Source: an uncultured Muribaculaceae bacterium (GTDB taxonomy: Bacteria > Bacillota_I > Bacilli_A > RF39 > UBA660). Taken from it: a DNA stretch of 55,246 bases. The position numbers were made by a program, and so were the translations under genes. The notes beneath the pieces were generated by a model. It was given only the letters and a program-made list of their open reading frames with translations, searched no databases and had not been told where the DNA came from. Positions 38,623 through 46,418 of the stretch are shown piece by piece (the stretch's first letter is position 1; every line of letters begins with the position of its first letter). The stretch covers positions 1 to 55,246 of the forward strand of contig CAYJNS010000001.1 in NCBI GenBank assembly GCA_964371745.1, in the 5' to 3' direction.

Positions 38623-40257
38623 ATGGATTTGAAAAAGAAAAATATTATAATTATAATTGCTTGCTCTTTAGCGTTAATTATCATAGGTGTTTCCTATGCC
38701 TTTTTTGCTATTAATGGTGGAAATAAAGCTGAAACTGATGTGGATGCAACAAGTGATTATAGTTCTAGTTTAAATTTTATTGAGGGAGAGCCTATAAGTT
38801 TATTAATGAATATAGATAATTTTAGTCAAGATCATGGTAGTTTAACAGATGAAACTAATCCTAAAGTTTTTTTAAGAAGTGAAGATGATGGAGTACTAAG
38901 AAGTATTGATTATCAAGTGTATTTTTATATTGAAAAAAACACATTTATTTATACAACTGATACAAAAGAACCAGAAATAATTTTAGAAATAACAAATCCA
39001 GAAGGAAATAAAGTGACAAGTTTAACTGGTTTAGAATATAAAACGGTTACCGATTATAAAACTAATACAGAAATTAGTGGCTTTGATATTACAACTGAAG
39101 AAGGTTATATTAATATATCTGAAAGTTATAATATATCATCAACATCAGCATCAACAGGTACAACACAAGATTGGATTTTTAAGGTAACGTTAATAAATTT
39201 AAATAGTGTTCAAACTGCTAATGAAGGAAGAGAATTTAAATCTAATATAATGATTGGTGAAATAGATTATGATTTTTGTGAAAATGAACATGAATTTATT
39301 TTTGAATATACTGGTGCAGAACAGACTTTAACTGTTCCGGAAACTTGTATGTACAAAGTAGAATTATGGGGAGCACAAGGTGGGAGCGATGGTATAAATA
39401 TTGGCGGTTATGGAGCATATGTTCAAGGAAATATTGTTTTAACTGAAACAGAAAATATATATATTCAAGTAGGACAACAAGGTAAATTAGCTACTGTTGA
39501 TAATGATGCAAACTCTGGAGGCTATAATGGTGGTGGAATTAGTGGTTTATCAGATAGTACACCTCCAAATAATGGAGGAGGAGGAGGTGCTACAGATTTA
39601 AGAATTAGTTCTGGAGCATGGAATAATGCTTTAAGTTTAAGAAGCCGTATAATGGTTGCTGGAGCGGGATCTGGAATTTCAAATTGGTATATTAGAATAC
39701 CAAATGCATCGCCTGCTGGTGGACTTATAGGGTATGCTGGACAATTTATGAGATCTAGTGGAAATTATACATATACAAATGCTATTGGCGGAACCCAAAT
39801 TGCTGGTGGTAATAGAGCTATTGGTGGTTCATGGTCTATTGCGTCTACAAATGGTGGTTTTGGATACGGAGGAAGAGCGCAATCAAGTTATGGTAGTGGT
39901 GGTGGATCCGGCTATTATGGTGGTGGAGGTGGTGAAGCAAACAGTGCTGTTGTTGGTTCTGGAGCTGGCGGTTCATCATACATATCAGGTCATACGGGTT
40001 CTGTAGCAATTACTAGTGAATCTAGCACTACTCCAAAATCAGGATGTACAACTGGAACAAGTAATAATGATTGTTCAGTGCATTATTCAAATAAGGTGTT
40101 TGCTGACACAATTATGATAGATGGAAATGGTTATTCTTGGTCAAATGTAAAAGAAAATCAAGTACAAATGCCTAATCCAGATGGTACACTGAATCCTATA
40201 GGTGTAGGTCATAGTGGAAATGGATATGCTAAAATAACCTCTATAAATTTAAAATAA
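38623..40257 (+). CDS. Family-A anchored protein, copy A5: N-module + glycine-rich head (no insert)
   Basis: Same motif series (YKVELWGAQGG, IYIQVGQQGK, GGGGGATDLR, SRIMVAGAGSG, GGGSGYYGGGGG, GAGGSSYISGHTG, GHSGNGYAKITSI). 12-nt gap and RBS after A4. Confidence 0.75.
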   Translation: MDLKKKNIIIIIACSLALIIIGVSYAFFAINGGNKAETDVDATSDYSSSLNFIEGEPISLLMNIDNFSQDHGSLTDETNPKVFLRSEDDGVLRSIDYQVYFYIEKNTFIYTTDTKEPEIILEITNPEGNKVTSLTGLEYKTVTDYKTNTEISGFDITTEEGYINISESYNISSTSASTGTTQDWIFKVTLINLNSVQTANEGREFKSNIMIGEIDYDFCENEHEFIFEYTGAEQTLTVPETCMYKVELWGAQGGSDGINIGGYGAYVQGNIVLTETENIYIQVGQQGKLATVDNDANSGGYNGGGISGLSDSTPPNNGGGGGATDLRISSGAWNNALSLRSRIMVAGAGSGISNWYIRIPNASPAGGLIGYAGQFMRSSGNYTYTNAIGGTQIAGGNRAIGGSWSIASTNGGFGYGGRAQSSYGSGGGSGYYGGGGGEANSAVVGSGAGGSSYISGHTGSVAITSESSTTPKSGCTTGTSNNDCSVHYSNKVFADTIMIDGNGYSWSNVKENQVQMPNPDGTLNPIGVGHSGNGYAKITSINLK

Positions 40258-40272
40258 AGAAAGGTAAGTATA

Positions 40273-42300
40273 ATGGATAAAGTAAAAAAGAAAAATATAA
40301 TTATTATAGTAATTGCATCACTAATTTTAATATCTAGTGGTATTACTTTTGCTTACCTTATAACTGGTGTAGGCGGCAATGCAGAAACTGACGTAGATGT
40401 TGCAAGTGGTGAAAATGAAAGGTTATCTTTTATACCAGGTGAGCCGCTAAATATAATATCTAATGTAGATAATTTTAGTTTTGAAGATGGTTCTTTAAGT
40501 GATACTACAACTTCAAAAGTAAAATTAGTTAGTGAAGTAGAAGGAGAAACTACTACTCATACATATAATGTATATTTTTCTATAGATGCTAATGAGTTTA
40601 TATATACAACTCCAGAAAAGACACCTGAAATAATATTAAATATAATAGATCCAACAGGTAATGAAATTAAAGATATAACTAATTTTAATTATGTAACAAC
40701 TACTGATAGAATTACTGGAGAAACTATAAAAGGTTTTGATGTAACAGAATTTAATAGTATAATAGATATAGCTCAAGATTATGTAATAAGTACTGATTCA
40801 GTTTTAGAAGGAGTTACTCATGAATGGATTTTTAAATTAACTTATGTAAATTTAGCTACTTCTCAGCTTGATAATGAAGGTAAAGTATTTAATGGTAATG
40901 TTATAATGCAAAATGAAGATAAGAATGTATTTGAGTTTGATTATACAGGTAGTGAACAAGTATTTACTGCCCTTAATACAGGAACTTATAAAGTAGAGTT
41001 ATGGGGAGCTCAGGGCGGAAATAATGATAGTAGATTAGGTGGTAGAGGAGCTTATACAAGTGGGTTAATAGAACTTAATCAAGGAGATACTTTTTTTGTA
41101 CAAGTAGGTGGACAAGGAAGTGTAGCTAATTCAACATATGCAGAAAATTCAATTGGTTATAATGGTGGTGGAGCCGGAGTTCCTTATACTGGACAAATTA
41201 ATGGTACTGGAGGAGGAGGAGCTACTGATATTAGGTTAACAAGCGGAGAATGGAATAATTTTGAATCTTTAAGCAGCAGAATAATGGTAGCTGGAGCAGG
41301 AGCGGGTCTTGCTAACTGGATGAATCCAGTATCTAATGCGGCTCCAGGTGGTGGTTTGATTGGTAACCCAGGAAAACAGTATCAATCAGGTTCTTTATAT
41401 TATAGAAATTCAACAGGTGGGACACAAGTTTCTGGTGGAGTTGAAGGTTATGGAGCTTACGGAGGATATCCAGGTGTATTTGGCATAGGTGGAAACCCAC
41501 AGTCTGGTCATGGATCAGGCGGAGGAGGAGGCTATTATGGAGGAGGAGGAGGAGGCTATAACGGTGGAGTTGTAGGCTCTGGTGCAGGTGGATCATCATT
41601 CATATCAGGGCATACAGGATCAGTTGCTATAGCTAGTGAAATTGATCAAAGTCCAATTGAATTATATCCTTTAGATTTTAATATAAGATTTATAGAAGTT
41701 AGAAGTAATGGTAATAGCGTTGATGGAACTAATAACTATGATCATACTGTAGAAATTCAAGCTTTATTAGAAAATGGAGATAATGTTGCATTAAACAAAA
41801 CAATTATTGGAGAAAATACAATGAGTCAATACCCATTAACAAATATTACAGATGGTATTACTGATACGTTTAATTATGGGGTTCATGGAAATGTTATTAC
41901 GGTTGATTTAGAACAAGAATATCAATTAAGTGAAGTGAAATTATGGAGATATTATAATGATTCAAGAACTTATTATGAAACCTATGTAAAAGTATATAAT
42001 GAAGATAAAACTAAAAGTGTATATTTACATAATTATGAAACAGATGGAACATATGCAGAAACCTCAAGTGGAAAGACAATGTCTTTTAATAGTTGTAATA
42101 CTGGAACTATTTATAATGAATGCTCAGTACATTACTCAAACAAAGTATTTACTGATACTAAAATGATAGATGGAGCAGGTTATTTATGGACACATGTAAA
42201 AGGTGATCAGGAAGAGATGCCAAACCCTACTGGAGAATTAAATGCAATAGGTGTAGGTCATAGTGGAAATGGATATGCTAAGATAACATATATACCTTAG
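40273..42300 (+). CDS. Family-A anchored protein, copy A6: N-module + glycine-rich head with discoidin-like insert
   Basis: Same architecture as A4. The insert has IRFIEVRSNGNS...VEIQALLENG...ITDG...VDLEQEYQLSEVKLWRYY. 15-nt gap after A5. Confidence 0.75.
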   Translation: MDKVKKKNIIIIVIASLILISSGITFAYLITGVGGNAETDVDVASGENERLSFIPGEPLNIISNVDNFSFEDGSLSDTTTSKVKLVSEVEGETTTHTYNVYFSIDANEFIYTTPEKTPEIILNIIDPTGNEIKDITNFNYVTTTDRITGETIKGFDVTEFNSIIDIAQDYVISTDSVLEGVTHEWIFKLTYVNLATSQLDNEGKVFNGNVIMQNEDKNVFEFDYTGSEQVFTALNTGTYKVELWGAQGGNNDSRLGGRGAYTSGLIELNQGDTFFVQVGGQGSVANSTYAENSIGYNGGGAGVPYTGQINGTGGGGATDIRLTSGEWNNFESLSSRIMVAGAGAGLANWMNPVSNAAPGGGLIGNPGKQYQSGSLYYRNSTGGTQVSGGVEGYGAYGGYPGVFGIGGNPQSGHGSGGGGGYYGGGGGGYNGGVVGSGAGGSSFISGHTGSVAIASEIDQSPIELYPLDFNIRFIEVRSNGNSVDGTNNYDHTVEIQALLENGDNVALNKTIIGENTMSQYPLTNITDGITDTFNYGVHGNVITVDLEQEYQLSEVKLWRYYNDSRTYYETYVKVYNEDKTKSVYLHNYETDGTYAETSSGKTMSFNSCNTGTIYNECSVHYSNKVFTDTKMIDGAGYLWTHVKGDQEEMPNPTGELNAIGVGHSGNGYAKITYIP

Positions 42301-42313
42301 GAAAGGAATTATT

Positions 42314-43834
42314 ATGGATAAAGTAAAAAAGAAAAATATAATTATTATAGTAGTAGCATCTTTAATAGTAGTAGCATCCGCTGTTACTTATGCTTTTGTA
42401 TACTCTAGAGTTGGTGGAACTGCTGAAACTGATGTGGACGTAGCAAGTGGAGAAGAAGAAAGATTAACATTTATTGAAGGTGAACCATTATATATTGAAT
42501 CATCTATAGAAAATTTTAGTTCAGAGCATGGAAGTTTAAGTGCAACTACTAAACCTAAAGTTAAATATGTAACCGATGTAGAAGGTGTTGAGACAACAAA
42601 TAACTATGATGTTTATTTAGTAATTGAAGAAAATGGATATATATATACTACTGCTGAACAAAAACCAGAATTAGTACTAACAATTATAGATCCAACTGGA
42701 AATCGGGTAACTAATATAGATGGATTAAATCCAGTTACAACTATAGATTATAAGACAAATACAGAGATTAGTGGTTTTGATATTACCACATTCAATGATG
42801 CGATAAATATTACACAACAATATCCTATATCAACAAATTCAGTTAATACAGGTGAAGTACATGAATGGGAATTTATTATAAATTATATAAATTTAGATTC
42901 TGTGCAATCAGAAAATGAAGGTAAAATTTTAAATGCAAAAATTGTTATGGGAGATTTTAATTGTAATAACGATTATGATATAAGTCAAAGATCTAGCGAT
43001 AGTGTTTATGTAAAAAATTATATATATACAGGAAGTACACAGGAATTAAACATTACAACTCCAGGCCAGTATTTATTACAAACATGGGGTGCAGAAGGTG
43101 GTTATGCTACTTCTGAGACATTTGGTGGAGATGGAGGATATTCGGAAGGCGTTTTAAATATAACTAGTGATACTAATTTATACATAAATGTAGGGAATAA
43201 AGGGTCTAAATTAACTGGTGGTTATAATGGTGGAGGTAGCGCTATAGATGATACTTATGATTCATATGGCGGTGGTGGTGCCTCTGATATTAGAATAACT
43301 ACAAATAGCCTATATTCTAGAGTGATAGTAGCTGGAGGTGGTGGAGGCGCAAATGGAACAAGGTCTAACACCTCAACTAGAGCAGGTGGTTTTGGTGGAG
43401 GATTAGTTGGTGGAACCGCAACTCAATATAGTAGTTATACACCAGCTGGTGGCGGCACTCAAACTGCAGGCGGAGCTCGAGGATATTTAAATAATAGTTA
43501 TTATGGCATCGCTGGAACATTTGGTAATGGAGCAAATGGAACAAGTAATTATTCTACATCAGGCGGAGGCGGAGGTGGAGGCTGGTATGGCGGAGGGAGT
43601 GGTCATCCAGGTTCTACAACGACTTCAATTGGCGGAGGAGGAGGTTCTGGATATGTTTATACTGAAGAAACAGCTATCTCTTACCCTAGTGGAGTTTTAC
43701 TTGATTCAACACACTATTTAACTCAAGCGAATACTTTTGCTGGAAATACAAATTTTGTATCGCCTACTGGAACTATTGAAAATGGACATAATGGTACAGG
43801 ATATGCTCGAGTTACAGCTATGTGTTTTTATTAA
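42314..43834 (+). CDS. Family-A anchored protein, copy A7: N-module + divergent glycine-rich head
   Basis: YLLQTWGAEGG, LYINVGNKG, GGYNGGG, GGGGASDIR, SRVIVAGGGGGA, GGGGGGWYGGG, GGGGGSGYVY, and GHNGTGYARVT. 13-nt gap after A6. Confidence 0.75.
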   Translation: MDKVKKKNIIIIVVASLIVVASAVTYAFVYSRVGGTAETDVDVASGEEERLTFIEGEPLYIESSIENFSSEHGSLSATTKPKVKYVTDVEGVETTNNYDVYLVIEENGYIYTTAEQKPELVLTIIDPTGNRVTNIDGLNPVTTIDYKTNTEISGFDITTFNDAINITQQYPISTNSVNTGEVHEWEFIINYINLDSVQSENEGKILNAKIVMGDFNCNNDYDISQRSSDSVYVKNYIYTGSTQELNITTPGQYLLQTWGAEGGYATSETFGGDGGYSEGVLNITSDTNLYINVGNKGSKLTGGYNGGGSAIDDTYDSYGGGGASDIRITTNSLYSRVIVAGGGGGANGTRSNTSTRAGGFGGGLVGGTATQYSSYTPAGGGTQTAGGARGYLNNSYYGIAGTFGNGANGTSNYSTSGGGGGGGWYGGGSGHPGSTTTSIGGGGGSGYVYTEETAISYPSGVLLDSTHYLTQANTFAGNTNFVSPTGTIENGHNGTGYARVTAMCFY

Positions 43835-43841
43835 AAATTAA

Positions 43842-43867
43842 AACCTAGAAAGTCTAGGTTCTTTTTT
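43842..43867. terminator. Bidirectional terminator between A7 and gerQ
   Basis: aacctaga-aag-tctaggtt stem, T6 downstream and an A-run upstream; sits between convergent genes. Confidence 0.7.
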
Positions 43868-44228
43868 ATTCTCTTGGCCTATCGTAAAAGATAGGTTCCA
43901 TAAATTCTATATAATCTAAATATAACATTTTTATTAAATACCAACTACCAGTCATTGAATCTTTTATGATTAAATGATCAATACTTGCTTCTTCAATAGT
44001 TCCAACGTATTCTTTATCCCTCCATTTTTCACTATCTGGAAAAGATACATAAGCTTTAACTGTTTTTCCTCTATTATCTCTAAGTATATTTTCTATATAA
44101 CTAACTTGTACATCTGGAAGTGGTATTTTAGGTGGAGGAGGAAAGTTAGTTTGATTTACTGTTTGATTATTAGCCTCTGGATAAGGATTATTTGGAAATG
44201 TTGGATTTTGATAATAATTTCCGTTCAT
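43866..44228 (-). CDS. gerQ: Spore coat protein GerQ-like
   Basis: N/Q/P-rich N-terminus, then SYIENILRDNRGKTVKAYVSF....W.....G.IEEASIDHLIIKD..TG.WYL....YLDYIEF, colinear with B. subtilis GerQ (YwdL) as I recall it. AAAGAGGTG RBS. Confidence 0.7.
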   Translation of the reverse strand: MNGNYYQNPTFPNNPYPEANNQTVNQTNFPPPPKIPLPDVQVSYIENILRDNRGKTVKAYVSFPDSEKWRDKEYVGTIEEASIDHLIIKDSMTGSWYLIKMLYLDYIEFMEPIFYDRPRE

Positions 44229-44304
44229 AATATAAATTACACCTCTTTCTAAATAATATTATGATTAAAAACTTTATTTATGTTAAAAATAATAATATAT
44301 ACTA

Positions 44305-44333
44305 TTGCAAATGTACTTTTGTAAGAGTATAAT
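44305..44333 (+). promoter_or_regulatory. Near-consensus promoter (TTGCAA-17-TATAAT)
   Basis: Hexamers and spacing were read directly, 28 nt upstream of ATG 44361. Confidence 0.6.
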
Positions 44334-44360
44334 TTATTTATAGGTAAGTAGGTGTTAATT

Positions 44361-44540
44361 ATGTTAAAAGATGAAATTATAAATAAGATAGTTACTATTA
44401 GTGGTTTTAATAAAAATAAAATAACTTTATTGGAATCTAAAAGAAGTAATAAAAATATATACATATTAGATTATCATATATTTGAATATGAAAAAGAATT
44501 ATATATATTAGATAATAATAAATTAAAAAAAGGAAAATAG
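44361..44540 (+). CDS. Small hypothetical protein (59 aa)
   Basis: ATG 44361 with AGGTG 6 nt upstream and a strong promoter. No family recognised. Confidence 0.45.
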   Translation: MLKDEIINKIVTISGFNKNKITLLESKRSNKNIYILDYHIFEYEKELYILDNNKLKKGK

Positions 44541-44633
44541 TTCAATTTGAAACTTGCTATTAGCAATATTGCTTTTTATATCTTTATAGAAGTATAATTT
44601 ATATAAATAAATATACTTTTTTTGGAGGTAGTA

Positions 44634-45938
44634 ATGAAAGAAAAAGATAAAGTTTTAATAGCTAAACTAATACTAAAAATAACAATTATTATGACCATTG
44701 TAAGTGTATTTATAAAACTATTAGGTTTTGATTTATTTGAAGCAGATTATAGTAATAAAATTCTTTTATGGTTTTCTAATTTAGTGGATAATAATTTTGT
44801 AAGTGGACTTTTTAGTATATTATTAATATTTATTCAATTATATATTATATATAGAATAACTACTAAAAATTCATGTATAAAAACCCATTTGCTCGTTACA
44901 AGTATCTCTACTTTGATTATAGTTTTAACACAAATATATATTTTTGATTATATGTTGACATCCAAATCTAATTTAATTTCGATTCTATATGCCGTTATAT
45001 CTCTAATTAATGTTATTTTGTGTCCTTTTTTAATTGATTATAAAGTTGAATATAAAATAAAATATAAAAGAAAAAATAACGTTGTAAAATTTATGCAAAA
45101 ATTTTGGGTTAGAATTAAGAAACCATTAATCATGTATATGGTAGTGTTATCTTATCAAATTATTGTATTATTTATTAGAAATTTACCATATAATAGTAAA
45201 TATGAAACAATATATAATTTTCTATTAAATTTTGACTACATAATTATTTTATTAATTACTTATTATATTTACTTGAAAAGGAAAGATAATTTAAAAATAA
45301 ATTCTGTTTTTAATTTTTCTTTAGCGCAATTTTTAAATGAAAAACCTGATAAAAAAGATATAAAATATTTTGTAATACAGTTAAAAAATGGGTATGCAGA
45401 TTTTAAAAAACAAAATAAAACTGATAAAATTGTCGTTTTATTATACTTATTATTTTTTATAATACAAGAGTGTTTAACTTTGGGATTGTTAATATACATA
45501 GCTAGCATTAATGATTATATAATTGAATGTTTATTTATATTAACATCTTTCATTATATCCAAGAGCGTTTTTGGAGCGTTTCATTTTAAATCATTTATAT
45601 TATGCTTTTTTGTTTCTAATTTGTCATTTTTTATTTTAAGTAGATTAACTATGAATGTAAATACAACATTTATAATACCTATTTTTTGTGGAATACTATT
45701 AGCTTATATTTCAAGTCGTTTTATTAATAAAAGTGACAGTTCATTATACCGCGGAGTACCTGTGGAAAAATTAGAAAAAATATGTGATGAAAAAAAATTG
45801 AATAAAATGGAGAAAGATATATTAATTGATTATTATTCAAATAGATATAATATTGATAAACTTGCAATTAAATATCATTATTCTGATCGAAGCATACAAA
45901 GAATTAAAACAAAAGCATTAAATAAAATTCAACTATGA
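44634..45938 (+). CDS. Polytopic membrane protein (about 10 TM) with C-terminal sigma-70 region-4-like HTH
   Basis: ATG 44634 after GGAGG. Hydrophobic helices run through about aa 370. The tail LNKMEKDILIDYYSNRYNIDKLAIKYHYSDRSIQRIKTKALNKI fits the region-4 pattern L..rE..i....y......eiA......S.r...r....Al.K. Confidence 0.6.
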   Translation: MKEKDKVLIAKLILKITIIMTIVSVFIKLLGFDLFEADYSNKILLWFSNLVDNNFVSGLFSILLIFIQLYIIYRITTKNSCIKTHLLVTSISTLIIVLTQIYIFDYMLTSKSNLISILYAVISLINVILCPFLIDYKVEYKIKYKRKNNVVKFMQKFWVRIKKPLIMYMVVLSYQIIVLFIRNLPYNSKYETIYNFLLNFDYIIILLITYYIYLKRKDNLKINSVFNFSLAQFLNEKPDKKDIKYFVIQLKNGYADFKKQNKTDKIVVLLYLLFFIIQECLTLGLLIYIASINDYIIECLFILTSFIISKSVFGAFHFKSFILCFFVSNLSFFILSRLTMNVNTTFIIPIFCGILLAYISSRFINKSDSSLYRGVPVEKLEKICDEKKLNKMEKDILIDYYSNRYNIDKLAIKYHYSDRSIQRIKTKALNKIQL

Positions 45939-45999
45939 TATCATTGTCATGTTTTGACATCTTTTTTATATTAATATTTAAATATAAGGAGGTGCTATA

Positions 46000-46098
46000 A
46001 TGAATTGGTGGGATAAATTGTTTGGCAGCATTATAATCTTTGGCCCAACAGATCATTTGAAAAAACTAGCAGAAAAAATTGCTGGTAAATCTAAGTAA
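46000..46098 (+). CDS. 32-aa peptide MNWWDKLFGSIIIFGPTDHLKKLAEKIAGKSK (below ORF-track cutoff)
   Basis: Read by hand. AAGGAGGTG lies 7 nt upstream of ATG 46000, with a TTGACA-containing upstream region. Hydrophobic core plus basic amphipathic tail. Confidence 0.5.
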   Translation: MNWWDKLFGSIIIFGPTDHLKKLAEKIAGKSK

Positions 46099-46109
46099 TT
46101 TATTTAGGT

Positions 46110-46337
46110 ATGAATGATCTAGAAGTTAGTTTAATTATTACAAGAATTAATAAGCTATTAAAAGAAAAAAACATAACTGCTTATAAAGTAAGTATAACAG
46201 GTAAGTTTAATCCTAGAACTTTAAATCATATTTTAAATGGTACTTATAATGATATAAAATTATCTACTATTAATAAAATATGTTTAGGATTTAATATTAG
46301 TTTAAAAGAATTTTTTAATGATGAAATATTTAACTGA
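46110..46337 (+). CDS. XRE-family helix-turn-helix regulator (75 aa)
   Basis: I..LLKEKNITAYKVS..TG......NHILNG......STINKIC.GFNISL.EFF fits the HTH_3 pattern. Confidence 0.75.
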   Translation: MNDLEVSLIITRINKLLKEKNITAYKVSITGKFNPRTLNHILNGTYNDIKLSTINKICLGFNISLKEFFNDEIFN

Positions 46338-46342
46338 ATTTT

Positions 46343-46369
46343 AAGCTGCATAGTGCAGCTTTTATATTT
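46343..46369 (+). terminator. Intrinsic terminator after the XRE gene
   Basis: aagctgca-tag-tgcagctt followed by ttatattt. Confidence 0.65.
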
Positions 46370-46418
46370 AGTATGGATTTTTTCCTTTTTTTTTGATACA
46401 ATTTAATTGGTGATTAGG

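Noticed and set aside
39758-40006. Alternative-frame ORFs inside the glycine-rich genes (39758-40006, 41333-41599, 43503-43721) and inside other genes (4552-4737, 19229-19414, 28068-28253, 35923-36219, 32248-32469).
   Set aside because: These are frame-shifted readings of repetitive GGN or biased codons. There are no start signals, and the main frames carry clear conserved motifs.
33245-43834. Reading the family-A N-termini as type IV pilin or pseudopilin leaders.
   Set aside because: There is no G/[FM]xxxE prepilin cleavage motif, and no pilD, ATPase or platform genes are nearby. The helix-end motif fits SipW-type signals better.
44634-46098. AgrB/AgrD-like quorum-sensing pair (membrane protein followed by a small peptide).
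   Set aside because: The membrane protein is more than twice AgrB size and ends in an HTH. The peptide lacks a Cys/Ser-containing AIP core followed by an acidic tail; its tail is basic. No agrC/agrA-like genes are present.
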